From Azolla caroliniana (lineage: Eukaryota > Plantae > Polypodiophyta), in NCBI GenBank assembly GCA_043228905.1, contig JBHGNT010000015.1, positions 13,826,001 to 13,890,000 of the forward strand: a stretch of 64,000 nt of DNA, given 5' to 3'. Shown here in pieces: positions 1 through 12,300 of the stretch. Each line of letters begins with the position of its first letter. Position 1 is the first letter of the stretch. The notes under the pieces are model-generated. The model was given only the letters and a program-made list of their open reading frames with translations. It did not search any database and was not told the origin of the DNA. Position numbers and translations under genes: made by a program.

Positions 1-241
1 CGAGAGAGAGAGAGTTATAGAGAAAATCTGAAAATTGTATTAACAAGGGAGTAAGATAACCAATAGTTACAAAGAGTAGGAGAAGGTGCTTATGTCGCCC
101 TTCTCTCTATGTTCTCTCACTACAACCACCAATTACAAAGGAGGTGGAGACTTAACTATTTACGAAATATGTGACACACTAGTTACTATACTAGGAGGTG
201 GGGTGTTCACACACTTGAGTATACTAAGGTGTATTCCCACA
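1..241 (-). mobile_element. Probable LTR end of a retroelement extending left of the window
   Basis: Ends ...ATTCCCACA at 241 (TGTGGG start on minus), has a GA microsatellite, and LINE-like sequence resumes after 241. No partner LTR or TSD is visible. Confidence 0.3.
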
Positions 242-1760
242 CTAGGGAAGTTGAGTTTGATTCTCAACAATTACAAATGGAGGTTTTGGCAACATCAAGG
301 TTGTTGGGGTGGGAAGAGCGAAGTACTCCTCGTATGTAACATGATTTATGAAGAAATCAAAACTAATAGAAGCACCGAGCTCAAAGGAACATTAAGAAAA
401 AGTGGAATATAACAAAACTCCCTTCAAAGATCTAGACCAAAGGGCCACCCCGTTGTGACAAGGGACAAACCTCATTGTTAAAAGCTATAAAAGTCTTTTT
501 TGGTAACTTTTGTAGCTCTTTTTCCCTCTTGAGTTTTCTCCCCTATGATAACCTAAAGTTAAGCTCTCTTGTCATTTCCTTAATGTTTCACTTAAGTGAG
601 TAGAGTGAGTAAGGTTAACCTTTTACTTAATCGTTGCTCCTTTCATATGTGTGTTGTAAACTCTTATATTAATTGAGATGGAGTCGACATCAACACATCT
701 ATTACTTGTTTTTACTTATAAGTGTGTATATGTACTTTTTTAAAGTTCTTAGTACCTCATTATTCCTTTAATTAACCATTAACACAAGGAAGTGTGGGTG
801 AGAATTCACGATGTTAGGGTTTTCAACTAGAGGCTAAAAAGTTATTGACAGCCACCCATGGCTAGCTCACTATCAATAGGGTGCACATGGTATGAATCCT
901 TTGGCTCACAACATTGATGTGGAGGAAGAACTTCATTGATCAATAAACGTGTTGTTAGTGTTGCACACCTTGAACGACACAGGAAGATAAACAACCTCTT
1001 AATGTCACAAAGAAGATTAATGGCCTTTTGAAAAACAATCATATTTGAATAGGTTATAGCTAATTTTGGGATAAGTTTCAAGGATTATTATAATTGTTGC
1101 ATGACCCAATTCCTAATTTAGATGGTGGATCTCAAAAACTTAATTGGGGATTTGTTGGAAGCATGAGATTGACTGGGATATCAACAAATGATGTTTATCA
1201 CAATTTGATTGACAAGAATAAGTGGATCGAAGAAAAGGTTATCTATGTATGGGGTTTGCATAAGCCCATTACTTGGTGATTTCATGCAAACATGGGAGGT
1301 TGTTATTCTCAATTGATGCTACAAGCTAAGGTATTAATTTGGAGACTTATGGGAGACTTATGGTTGGAGCTTTACCATTGGGGGACGCATTAAACAAAAG
1401 AAAATTTGTTGGTAGAATGTGTTTCTTTCATTTAGTGGAATTGGAACATAGTAGACATCGATTCTATGCTTGATGACTACAATGGTTTGTAGTGTATCAA
1501 TTTCATGTGGATATCTTTTACTGAATTAGAACTATCTTCATTCAAGTGGGGGTTTGCATTGATGGAGAATAGTGGAGTTCCTCATTTCCAAATTATTTTT
1601 CAAGTTCTTGAGGTATCGGGGGTTGATTCAATTGGAATGTGCCAAATGCCTTCACGTTTGATTTGCAAATTGGGGTGAGGGAATATGTTGTAAAGTTAAA
1701 AAGGACTTCTTTTGTTGCAATTGAAAATGTTAGAGAAGTCACATAATCTCAACAGTGAAG
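242..1760 (+). mobile_element. Degenerate L1-like LINE 3' remnants, interrupted at ~330-930
   Basis: Shares blocks with 27184-27722 and 33143-33460 (ATTACAAATGGAGGTTTTGG, AAGAAGATTAATGGCCTTT, CATAAGCCCATTAC, CAAGCTAAGGTATT..TTTGGAGA). The WR..SG.LPLGD-type segment resembles the zf-RVT region. Confidence 0.45.
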
Positions 1761-1789
1761 AGAGCTAATTGTGCAAGGTGACAAGTCAT

Positions 1790-2120
1790 CATATTTTTCA
1801 TCTCGAAAATACTTTTAGAATATTTTAAACTTTTTCCAAGTAGATTTCGAGATGCTACCACTCCATGTCACCAAAGTGTCAAAAAGGTATTTCTTGAGGA
1901 CTCAACACTTAATTTCTCTATGATTGAATGTGTTCTCAAATGCATAATATGCTCTCTTTCCCGCATCTAGATGGCGGGTAGCACATTCATTCCATCTATG
2001 ATTTGGAGGAACTTCAAGGCCAATATATTTGAAGCTTTTCACACATTCAAGTGGTTCATATATTGTACATAATGCATCGTTTGTCTTTTTTTTGCTCTTC
2101 ACAAGCATAATCTTTGTTTT
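1790..2120 (-). mobile_element. RTE-like LINE RT C-terminal fragment
   Basis: ORF 1902-2108 reads EPLECVKSFKYIGLEV...RHLDAGKRAYYAFEN (FKYLG thumb motif). Homologous to 34660-34820. Confidence 0.55.
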
Positions 2121-2446
2121 AGAGAGAGAGGGAGAGAGAGAGAGAGAGAGGACATTTGTAGGTCATAAAAGTCTTGTCAAAGTAAAAACAAATGATGTAT
2201 ATCATAAACTAAATTTAGGTATGCAGGGGGATGGTAACACAGATTAATAAATAATGGGGAATCACAGGGTTCAATAGGAGGTGTTATAGTGCAATATAGA
2301 TGGGGCGAGAATTTAGTCTTCATTTCAAAGTTGAGTTGTTTAAATCAACATCAATTATGTTCCTTTGAAGCTATGCAAGACAAACACATTCCAAAAGCAA
2401 TACATTTTGTTCACAACGTGGCTCCTAAAGGTAACCTATTGCCAAT

Positions 2447-2876
2447 AGCTAACTAGCTATTATTAGGTAAATAGCTACCACAATAGCTAATTAGCTACAT
2501 CAGAATATGATTATAGCTATTATTAGCTAATTAGCTACCACAATAGCTAATTAGCTACATCAGAATATGATTATAGCTATTATTAGCTAATTAGCTACCA
2601 CAATAGCTAATTAGCTACATCAGAATATGATTATAGCTATTATAAGCTAATTAGCTACCACAATAGCTAATTAGCTACATCAGAATATGATTATAGCTAT
2701 TATAAGCTAATTAGCTACCATAATAGCTAATTAGCTACATCAGAATATGATCATAGCTAACTAGCTATTGGTAATAGCTAATTAACTATTGGTAATAGGT
2801 AATTAGCTACTCTTAATAACTAATTAGCGATTGGCAATAGCTAACTAGCTACTCTTAATAGCTAATTAGCTACTGG
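2447..2876. repeat. Minisatellite: ~5 copies of a 60-bp unit built on the palindrome TAGCTAATTAGCTA, with a decayed tail
   Basis: Lines 2461-2760 are near-identical 60-mers (TATTAGCTAATTAGCTACCACAATAGCTAATTAGCTACATCAGAATATGATTATAGCTAT). Confidence 0.95.
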
Positions 2877-5312
2877 TAAATGGCAAGGGGTATTTGCAGA
2901 TTAATATCTACATTGTGGATTTCTTTAAGTGAAGTGTCGACATCCCCTTTTGCAATGGGTGTTTGGTCATGTGGGTTTCAAGAATGTCTTCTCCACATCT
3001 TGGGATTGCCTTTTGAGGATTATGGCATAATTGGCATATGTGGAATGTTTTTGTTTTTAATGCACAATATGGGGTTCATAAACACTGAGAATTAAAAACC
3101 ATATTGTAGTTTTTATTTTTCTAGACTTCAATGAAGTTGACATTTGAGAAATTAGGGATTTGTAGGTTGGCAAGGCATTGTGTTTGTCATTTGCATTGCC
3201 CTTTGTTGCATTGGACTATATAGGCTCATAAGGATGTATCTCAACATGAAGGAAAAGGGTAATAAAATTTATTGTACTTCCAGAAACAAGGGGAAGTTTA
3301 AGAATTTTGTTTGAAGTAGGAAGGGTATAAAGGGTATAAGTTCTACTAACAATTACTTTAGCGATAGTTTGTAAAACAAAGCAAGGAGCATTCCATTCAT
3401 TCATCTACATGTATTTGCGACATCACCTTTCTAGGATAAAAGTGCATTTATACATATATTTACGTATTTTTCATTTTACAAAATTCTTTTTCATTTTTGT
3501 GTTAGAGAGGTTGACATACGACTAAGCATGTGCTGCCATGTTTCAACTTGCAATTAAGTATTCCTAATTAATTTATCAACATCTAATTTGCATTGAGAAC
3601 AACATTTAACAATTAGTTGTTACTATATTGGTATTCAACTCGTTTCATAAATAAGTGAAGGTTCGATCTTAGATTCTCAAACATTTTGTTTGCACATAGT
3701 CGAATAATTTTAAGTATGATTTGTTTGTAAAATATTTTGATACAAGAACCTACCCTTGCTTTTTAAAGGTAGTTCACCCCATGTGTTATATCCTATAGGA
3801 ATCATGAACAACATTTTCAATGGTAAAAACAATGGAATCACGTGAATGGAAGGAATCAAACTACTCGATGATTGATCCATGTGAATTTTCAAGAGAGACG
3901 TTCTGAACTTGTTGGGCATTTTTGTCCATGAAAGAACTTCCTATAGATCCTATGGAGATATACCTTGCAGATCATGTGGTTTGCAAAAAAGCGTGTAGAT
4001 TAATGAACAAACAAAACTTTATTGTTTGTCATGATGTTGAATTCCAAAGCTTGATATCTTGCCCATCAAAGCCTAAAAGATTTTGGCATCTTCGAAGAAG
4101 GATTTTAACTTGTATTTTGGACAAACCCATGATATATTTTTCCGGCATCCCAAGAGAAGGATGTTTACTCCTATTTTGGACAAACCCATCAATTATGTCT
4201 TTCCAACATCCCTACCCTCTTCGTTTTTCTTCAAGTTCTCCATCACCACATGAATGAGCAATAAGAAAGATGTATAATGTAACAAAGTCCATGTTGATCC
4301 AACTATACCTTGTTGATTGGGCATGAGTGTTAAATACTAAGCAAGTTTTGATTTTGATCTTTCATTCTCACCATTGACTTGAGCTTGATATTCACTTGCA
4401 TTACACATTCCTCAAGGGCCTTGTAATCCATTACTTCCATGGACTCTTATTTATCGAAAAAATTGAACATCTGATAAGAGGCATTGGTAGTAAGTGGTAA
4501 GCTGCATTTCTAAAGTGAACCAAGTGCAATATGGTATTTACCTGATTTTGAAATAACAAAATTTATGGTAGTAACAGCGCGGACATGTGCATGGATGGTA
4601 CTTGTATCTATGTCTATGTGAGCTGTCATGAAATGGAGTTCAAAACTAGCCATAAACTATAGCTTTTGCCAAAAAAAGGGAGGGTCTGATCAGAGTGGAG
4701 TTGTAAACAGAAGCTGATCAATGGATCGGAATAGCGATTTTATATAGAGGAAAGAAGCTCATGATAGGATGAAAGAGTAGGCCATATGTTAAATATTTGA
4801 CCTAACACATGCAAAGGCACACATCAGAGAAATAAGTGGGCTAATATGTCCAAAACATTCCATACAGCGTCAACTAGATCAGCGCCTTGTTATTAAGCTA
4901 GGAAGATGAGTAAGACTCTATCCTTATGCATAGCAATATAAGCGCAACTTCATGAGCTAGAGCTAGAGCTATGAGAATTATGTGACAATCGATGGAAACA
5001 AGATAAAGAAAGAGAAAATTTCTCTCATGGGGCCAACCAGAAAGCTAGCTAAGCTCGAATGATGCATAATTGGTGTTGCAGTTTTTCCTGCGAGAAGAAA
5101 TGGTAAATTTAAGAGTTGTTAAGTTAAACAAATTCCTTACAATAATTGAATGAGCGTTGACATTTTCTAAACTATATTTTTGCTGGATTTCAAGCCATAT
5201 AGTGTTGTTGAAAGATCTGAAAAGAGGCCATCTATATTTACAGTGATAAAGCCCATGTTGCTGTATTCTCCATATTTACAATGATAATGATCATGTTGCA
5301 TTGATAAGAATA

Positions 5313-5405
5313 TTATTTGACTCCTGTCTGGTCGGAGAAGGTACTCTCAAATATTTTATCAGCGTTTCCAACTTCAAAACCATCCCTCCGATGCCACTCT
5401 TTTAT
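5313..5405 (-). CDS. HGLS: HGLS exon 7
   Basis: CACAG|ATA acceptor; IKEWHRRDGFEVGNADKIFESTFSDQTGVK then TAA. Confidence 0.92.
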   Translation of the reverse strand: MKEWHRRDGFEVGNADKIFESTFSDQTGVK

Positions 5406-7946
5406 CTGTGCATAAATATACATATGGCCAAGTCAAGCAATATCTCACAATTTAACAAAATGAAGTAAAAACACAAATTTCAACCTCAGAGGGTGGAAGG
5501 CCAGCATATTCTGGGAGCACTAAGCGCTCAGCAAACTCGATATATGATGCAGGAACAACTTTCACCTCATTCCCAGAGAAACAGAAAAACTGGGAATCCG
5601 CAACTGTAGAGCTTTGTAAAAGATTACCGTCAGGACTCACTGTTACCGAAACAAGAAGAGACAGAGACATAGAATGTTAGGACATTATGAAAACAATCAA
5701 TAATGTCCGTTGGTTTCAAGAGATATATTCTGCCATATATAATACTGAATCGACCTTTCAGAGTGCCTCCCTCCGAATTCAATTTGATTCCAGATTTCTG
5801 TAGAAGCTGATTCAGCCCAGAGACCTTGCACATGTCTGAGCTTAACCGGTGCACAGAAACCGTGAGGTGATTCAAGGCGTAGCCATTTACGAGAGTCCAT
5901 GCTGCATACTCACTCTCACTGCATTGAGAATAAGCACCCCAATAAAGGTATATATACACATTCATGTATAGATAGGGTCATACAAGCATTTCATCAGTAT
6001 AATGAGGACAACATTTCTACACCTTGCTAGAATTTGATAGTCGTCCAAAGAGGGTGTTGACCATGTAAGTGTATTCAGTACACTTGCTGTTGTGGCATAT
6101 TTGGAAAATTGTGTACCTGATTTTATGTATCTGGCAATGACAGCCTGCATGAATTTCATATCATGGGTTCATGTGGCTTGATTAGATACATGATTTTTGA
6201 CACACATCAGCATGCATAATTTTTCAATATCTGAATATCAAAACCATATTTATGTATTTTTCCCTTCAAAACCTTCATTTTATCTGTGGATATTTCACAC
6301 GAAAAATGCAACCTTCTCTTATTCAATCAGTGTATACTGCCTTTAAAATGGTAGCCTTTTGTATATGAATAAAGTATAAAAAAGGTTTTTTTTTCTTCTC
6401 TTCACTTGAGTTCAACGTGAAGCTTTAATTTTTAACTTTTGTTGGATCCTATATGCATACAAAACTGTTATTGTATTTGAAAGGATGGATCTTATTCATG
6501 AAATATGCACGCACATAAGATAATTATATACTGAAGAGAGGAAGAAATGAACCTGAGCCTGTGGGGACAACTCTTCTACAAGGAGCTCCGAAATGAAAAT
6601 TCTCGGCAAAGGTCCATTTACTGCATCACCCCCTTCAGATTCAAGGGCCCACCTTGGAGGAGAGAACCACAATGCTCTTAACTTTTTTGCTGGAAATCGT
6701 AACTCATCTCGTTCCTCATAGCCCATGTCCAAGAAGAGTTGAGCAATGGAATTGATCCCACATCCTTCCACCTGAAACCAGCAAAATCTCAAGAAGTGTT
6801 CGTGAAATGACCATATACAATTGCAGGCACTTTTCCTATGAGAGTGATGGCAATGGCAAGGTAACTGACCCCCTAGGTTTGCCAGTTCCAATGGACTTAC
6901 TAGGTACAAATGAAAGACCACAATTTTACTGTGAGCATATTGCCTTTCGTATCAATTGATTAAGATGTGTGAATTTCTACTTATAAACAGCTCTTTATCA
7001 ATCCACTCCTTGTTTCTCTAAATTTATTTTATGGGTGCCATCTACTCTTATGAATGATTATAAATTCCAAAATCATGAGGCAAATTGGACATGTTTCCAT
7101 AACAAAATTTGAGTTTTTATCACCCACACCATAGAGTAGTTATTCAAAAGACTACAGAGATCTACCCCAAAGGTCCGGAAAGCAAAATGATCGTAGCATA
7201 TGGAAGCCTTGTTGTGTTTCCGGATGATATCCAAGGCTGCCATGGCCGTGGGGTTCTTCTCCAAGTAAGGCTTCACAATAGCTGAGATCACGCTCCTCAC
7301 GAAAGGTACCTCGGGCTACATACACAGTTATAACCAATATATCAGCATAGTGATACTAAGAATAGAAATTCAACCGAATCTATTCAAACATCATTCATTA
7401 ATGTGATGAGGAATTTAGATATTTAGGAAGACAAACAGACAAAGGTGCCCGGACATAGAATATAGAGATTTAAAAAGAAAAAAATAGCAGAAGAGGATGC
7501 CGATGCACACTCATCGTTGCAGACAGGAAGGATAACGTAAACAGAAAGATTATTGAAGAAATTCAATATCCATGGGTAGAGAATACAACAATCAGACAAA
7601 ACAGAACCCACAATTGCAATGGTTAGCAACCATCTATCTATCTATCTATATATATATACATGTGAATTATCTCTCTGTCTCTCTGTTCAAATACGTTTCA
7701 GTGTAAGGAAGAAGGGATTACCGCAGGAGGAGGCTGCGAGACTTGATCATGACCATGGGCATGGGCAGAGGCATGAAGGACGCTACTACACATCACGCCT
7801 CTGCGATGAAGTCCGAAACTCTTCTTCGTAGTATGGCTGATGAGAAAGGTCCGAGGGTTACGATGGGAAGGGAGGCAACGTCTGGCTATGGTGAGGGCGA
7901 TGGCAGGAGAAGGTTTGGTCATAGCGATCGCAGTCATCGTCATCAT
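5313..7946 (-). CDS. HGLS: DUF1338 family 2-oxoadipate dioxygenase/decarboxylase (hydroxyglutarate synthase, rice FLO7-like), plastid precursor; 7 exons, ~375 aa
   Basis: Exons 7946-7722, 7315-7166, 6771-6553, 6144-6023, 5918-5755, 5639-5485, 5405-5313. All introns are GT-AG and phases 0,0,0,2,1,0 join in frame. Motifs DHFAFRTFG, ELRFPAKKLRALWF, PRIFISELLV, ESEYAAWTLVNGYALNHLT, SPDGNLLQSST, YIEFAER, RRDGFEVGNADKIFEST. N-terminus resembles a transit peptide. Confidence 0.92.
5485..5639 (-). CDS. HGLS: HGLS exon 6
   Basis: AACAG|TG acceptor; VSPDG...YIEFAERLVLPEYAGLPPSE; GAG|GTTGA donor. Confidence 0.92.
5755..5918 (-). CDS. HGLS: HGLS exon 5
   Basis: TGCAG|T acceptor; ESEYAAW...NSEGGTLK; G|GTCGA donor, phase 1. 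Confidence 0.92.
6023..6144 (-). CDS. HGLS: HGLS exon 4
   Basis: ATGCAG|GCT acceptor; AVIARYI...DYQILA; AG|GTGTA donor, phase 2. Confidence 0.88.
6553..6771 (-). CDS. HGLS: HGLS exon 3
   Basis: TTTCAG|GTG acceptor; VEGCGINS...ELSPQAQ; CAG|GTTCA donor. Confidence 0.92.
7166..7315 (-). CDS. HGLS: HGLS exon 2
   Basis: TGTAG|CCC acceptor; PEVPFVRS...YDHFAFRTFG; GGG|GTAGA donor. Confidence 0.88.
7722..7946 (-). CDS. HGLS: HGLS exon 1 (transit-peptide-like)
   Basis: ATG at 7946; S/T/R/A-rich; donor GCG|GTAAT, phase 0. The exact start Met is uncertain because several ATGs are close together. Confidence 0.75.
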
Positions 7947-7949
7947 CAG

Positions 7950-8630
7950 TGTCTCTGTCTCTTTCTCTGTCTCTCTGTTTTTTGTGTCTTTCTCTGTTTC
8001 TCAGTCTCTCTGTTTTTCTCAGTCTCTCTGTTTTTCTCAGTCTCTCTGTTTTTTCTCTGTGTGAGTTAACTGTTAACTGATTTGTCCGGACAAAACAAGA
8101 AAAGCAAAAGAAGAAGAAGAAGAAAGCAGATTCGCATGTCATTTGTCCGGACAAAACAAGAAAAAGCAGCAGAAGAAGAAAGCAGTTTCTCATGTGATTT
8201 GTTCAGAGAAAACAAGAAAAGAAGAAGAAGAAGAAAGCAGATTCTCCTGTCATTTGTCCAGACAAAACAAGAAAAGCAAAAGAAGAAGAAGAAAGCAAAT
8301 TCTCATGTCATTTGTTCGGACAAAACAAGAAAAGAAGAACAAGAAAGTAGTTTCTCATGTGAAACTTATTCAGTGGGTATCCAAAAGGTTGGAGGATAAG
8401 TTTATGTATTGGAGGTCTCAATTCTGGCTTTTGTGTCTCTCTATTTCTGAGTCTCTTTGTTTTTGTTTTTCTCTGTGAGTTAATTGTTAATTGATTTGTC
8501 TAGACAAAACAAGAAAAGCAGCGGCAATAGAAGAAGAAAGCAGTTTCTCATGTGAAACTTATTGAGTGGGGGTATCCTAAGGTTGTAGGATAAGTTTATG
8601 TATTGGAGGTCTCAATTCTGGCTTTTTCAT
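7950..8630. repeat. Compound repeats upstream of HGLS: 18-bp x3, ~58-60-bp x5 and a duplicated block
   Basis: CTCAGTCTCTCTGTTTTT x3 (~8000-8055); ATTTGTCCGGACAAAACAAGAAAAGCA..(GAA)n..CATGT units (8079-8360); 8345-8432 resembles 8540-8627. Confidence 0.85.
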
Positions 8631-8822
8631 GTACTACTTACGGTGGTCCAATCGATTATGGGTCTCTATGAGTGTCTTATTATCTTCCTTTGCTACCATG
8701 GTCGAAGAAAGCTCTTGAAATGGTGTCACACTCAATACAAATGTTGTTATGGAAAAGAAAACGGAAAAGTGTCTTTGTCGTGGTTGGCATCGGATAATAT
8801 TTGTACTCAAAAGTGTCTTGGT

Positions 8823-9243
8823 TGTCATGATATGACAAGACTCAAACCCATGACCTTATGTTACATGGGTCGAGCTCTTGACCATTACACTATCTATTAT
8901 AATATGTAAGATATTATTTTTATTTAAGTTTTACTATAGAAAAGTAATGTATATTCTAGATTTCTCTGGAACATTCTAGAAGCTTTAGGACTACTCCTAA
9001 GCACACTATAAAAGGAGGCACAAGGCATTATTTCGAACCAAATCGGTTCAACGCCAGTCTTAAGCCTCTTAGCCTTCCTTGTATATTCTTCTCACATAAT
9101 ATATCGTTGTTATCATCATTTTCTCTCCCTCGATCTCTCACTCTCTCTCCTTCTCTCGAGTGTTCTACACCCTCTATTCCTCTTAGTACTAATATTCCTC
9201 TCTTAGTACTAATTTCTTCTCTGTCTCAGTACTATTCCTGACA
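8823..9243 (+). repeat. Gypsy A 5' LTR
   Basis: Direct repeat of 26764-27178; TATA (CTATAAAAG) near 9006. Confidence 0.93.
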
Positions 9244-9393
9244 GTTTGAACCGATTTCTCCCTCTTTCTGTCTCCTCCTTTCCTCCTCTTCCTTTTATCT
9301 TCTTACATATCTCCTATTTTCTAGTCTTCTTTCCGGTCTCCTATTTTCTAGTCTTCTAGTCTTCTTACTAATCCTCTTATCCTCCCTAGTAAA

Positions 9394-12300
9394 ATGGAAA
9401 CTGTTAGCGCTCAGGAATACCAATCTATTTTTTAAGCTCCAATGCTTAAAAGAGAAATTTGTAGCACTAGAACAAGAAAATCATTGTTTGTTGGGGGATC
9501 TTCAACAAATAATGTTGCAAAAACAACAACATGGGGAGTTGACGTTACGTGTACAACAACTTGAAGCGATTATTGTATCACTACAACAACAAGGATCAAG
9601 CACTCAAGGGATTCACAAAGACCCCAAGATCGGTCTTCCTGCAAAATTTGATGGGACCCGATCATAGTTTAGAGGTTTTTTGAATCAGGTACGTTTAGTG
9701 ATTCAAATGCATCCTTCTCGATATCCCACTGATGCATCATGAGTGGGACTAGTAGGCACTCTACTTAGTGGCTCAGCATTGGCATGGTTCACTCCGTTGT
9801 TAGAAAAGGAATCTCCATTACGAAACAATTTTGAAGAATTTATAAGTGAGTTTAAAGCATGTTTTGGAGATACTGACAACATAAGGACAACAATCAACAA
9901 AATCCGACGATTACGCCAAGGTTTTTATCCAGTATCTGCATACGCTATAGATTTCCACCTACTCGCCGCCGATATCCCTTGGGATGATCAAGCATTGATG
10001 GAGCAATTTCATTATGGTTTACGCAACAATGTCAAGGATTTACTCTTGACCTTCCCCGAAGAACCAAAGTCATTAACAGAAGCAATTAGTCGCGCGGTGT
10101 CGCGAAGTTTCGCGCGCGCGTGTTACTTGGGCGGGACCACGGGGGTCTTGGACTAGGGAGTACACAAGGGATAAATAAATATTTATTTATTTATTTTAAA
10201 TCTTATAAATATAAAGCACTCTTCGAACCCTCTCTACTCCCACTCTACGAACTCTCTCTATGAATCCTCTCTACGAACTCACTCTACGAATCCTCTCTAC
10301 GAACTCACTCTATGAATCCTCTCTACGAACTCTCTCTACGAATCCTCTACGAACTCCCTCTATGAATCCTCTCTACGAACCCACTATAAGAATCCTTTGT
10401 TTTGTGAGGTCGGTGGCTTTCGTTGATCACGACTCGTCGACCTTTCGAGATCACCGCACGAGCCAAGTGATCAAACGAGTACAAGCAAAGATGAGCACGC
10501 AAGATGAATGCACAAGGGGACGAGGGTTTGATTACAATGGCAACTTCTAGTAAACCACAAACTCAATCAAAACATAAATACTAAATGCCCTTAGAGACAA
10601 GAGCAAATCCGAACACGGCGAAAATGAACACACAAGCACCACCAAAATGCCAACCCCAACGAACCACGACCACCCGAATGGGGCTCGCAACGTCAAACCA
10701 ACGAAGCTTGGGCTCACGAGCACTTCGAGTGCCGACGCGAAGAAGATGAGCACGTGGCGATGAGGGGATGAAGGGGTATGAGATGAAGAGAATTGGTGAA
10801 GAAGAAGATGAAGAGCTCCGAAGCAAAAATGGCGATAGTCTCCTCCTCCCAAAACGTCCTCCCTAAATGAGCCCCCCTCTACCTCCTTTTATAGGAAAAC
10901 AAGAAGGGGGGTCGCCAATTTTGTCTTCAATGCAAAAGGAATAAAATTCCTTAAATCACACTACACTATAAGACTAGATTTGAACCATGCACCTCTAGCT
11001 AGAAGTCAATGTGACTATCCACTAACCCATTAACTTTCTCTTATATAATATATAATTCTGTGTCTATAAATTCTTAGCCTGTCTCCCCTCTACCTTTTAT
11101 CTCTCCTCTCTCTTACTTTTTTTACACGAGCTTCTATACATCCTTTCCACCCTTTCTTTTCATGTACTTTCCTCTAGTCTACAAAGTGCACATCACCTTT
11201 ATGCCTCTATGAACCTCATGGTGCACCTTTAGCACCTTAGATTATTACCCTTCCCCTTACATTTTGTTATCTTTTTCTCATTATACAAATTTACAAGTGC
11301 ATGTTCAATGTTGCACATCCCCATTTTATTTGTCCTACCCGAGTTTCTCACCGTAGTCGGAAATCTTCACGACAACGGTGAGATGTGACAACCGCCTTTT
11401 CGAACGATGTTCGGAACGACAATTCCAGATGCCAAGGGCAAGATCAGAGCCCACCTACGCCTTAGTGGTAGCGAAACCTTTTCCGAGGGAGTCATATAAT
11501 GCATCTCCAGTGAATACTCTGACTCCGATGGAGATTGACACTACACGTCGTTGCGGACCGTTACCGGAAGAAGGGGGGTCGCAAATTGACTGTCTTTATT
11601 GTGATGGACCAGAGCATATTGCAATAAATTGTCCCCATAGGCCAAGAAGACAGGTAAACCAAATAGTTGCTAGTTCTAATTGTACTAAACCCAAGTCTAT
11701 TCCAGTAGGAATATCTGATAGTCCTAATAGTACTAATAGCCCAAATCTAGTGAACAAATTTGATGTCCTTAGTCAGTTAGAAGAAGAGTTAAACGACTAA
11801 GTCCAGCCAAAATAAGAGCTGTTTAGTTGGACAACCCTAGATCTGTGCAACCCATTAGTGGTTTCATTCCCTATAAGCAAGTTAGCAATGTGTTCGTAGC
11901 CCAAGTTACAATTAGTACTAAAAGTACCCCTCCAGTACATGTCTTAGCACTTCTAGATTCTGGAGCTAATTCTTGCTTCATGGATAGGAATTTTGCCCAA
12001 GCTCATCAGATATCTCTCAGAAAACTCACGTGTCCAGCCTCTGTAGTAGTCATTGATGGTCATCCCATTGCTTCCGGAAATATCATAGAAGAGTCAGAGC
12101 CCGTTAATATTGTCCTAGATAATCTAGCGTGTGTAGTATCATTTAATATAATTAGTATCTTAGAACATCCCATTGTTTTAGGATTACCATGGTTTGAATT
12201 ACATAACCAAGACATAGATTGGAGAACAAGAGAAATCCAGTATCAACAAGCCCAAGGATCTACTGATAAGATTGCAACCATTTCGTTACATTAGTTGCGG

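Noticed and set aside
335-912. Possible solo LTR (TGTAACA...CACAACA)
   Set aside because: No matching TSD (TCGTA vs TTGAT) and no second copy in the window.
2447-2876. CRISPR-like array (palindromic repeats with spacers)
   Set aside because: Spacers are repeated rather than unique, the repeat is only 14 bp, there are no cas genes and the context is eukaryotic.
3216-4450. Short ORFs as a host gene
   Set aside because: No recognisable motifs or coherent splice structure; probably eroded TE sequence.
7743-8478. Overlapping K/R/E-rich or hydrophobic ORFs
   Set aside because: They are translations of low-complexity tandem repeats or antisense to HGLS exon 1.
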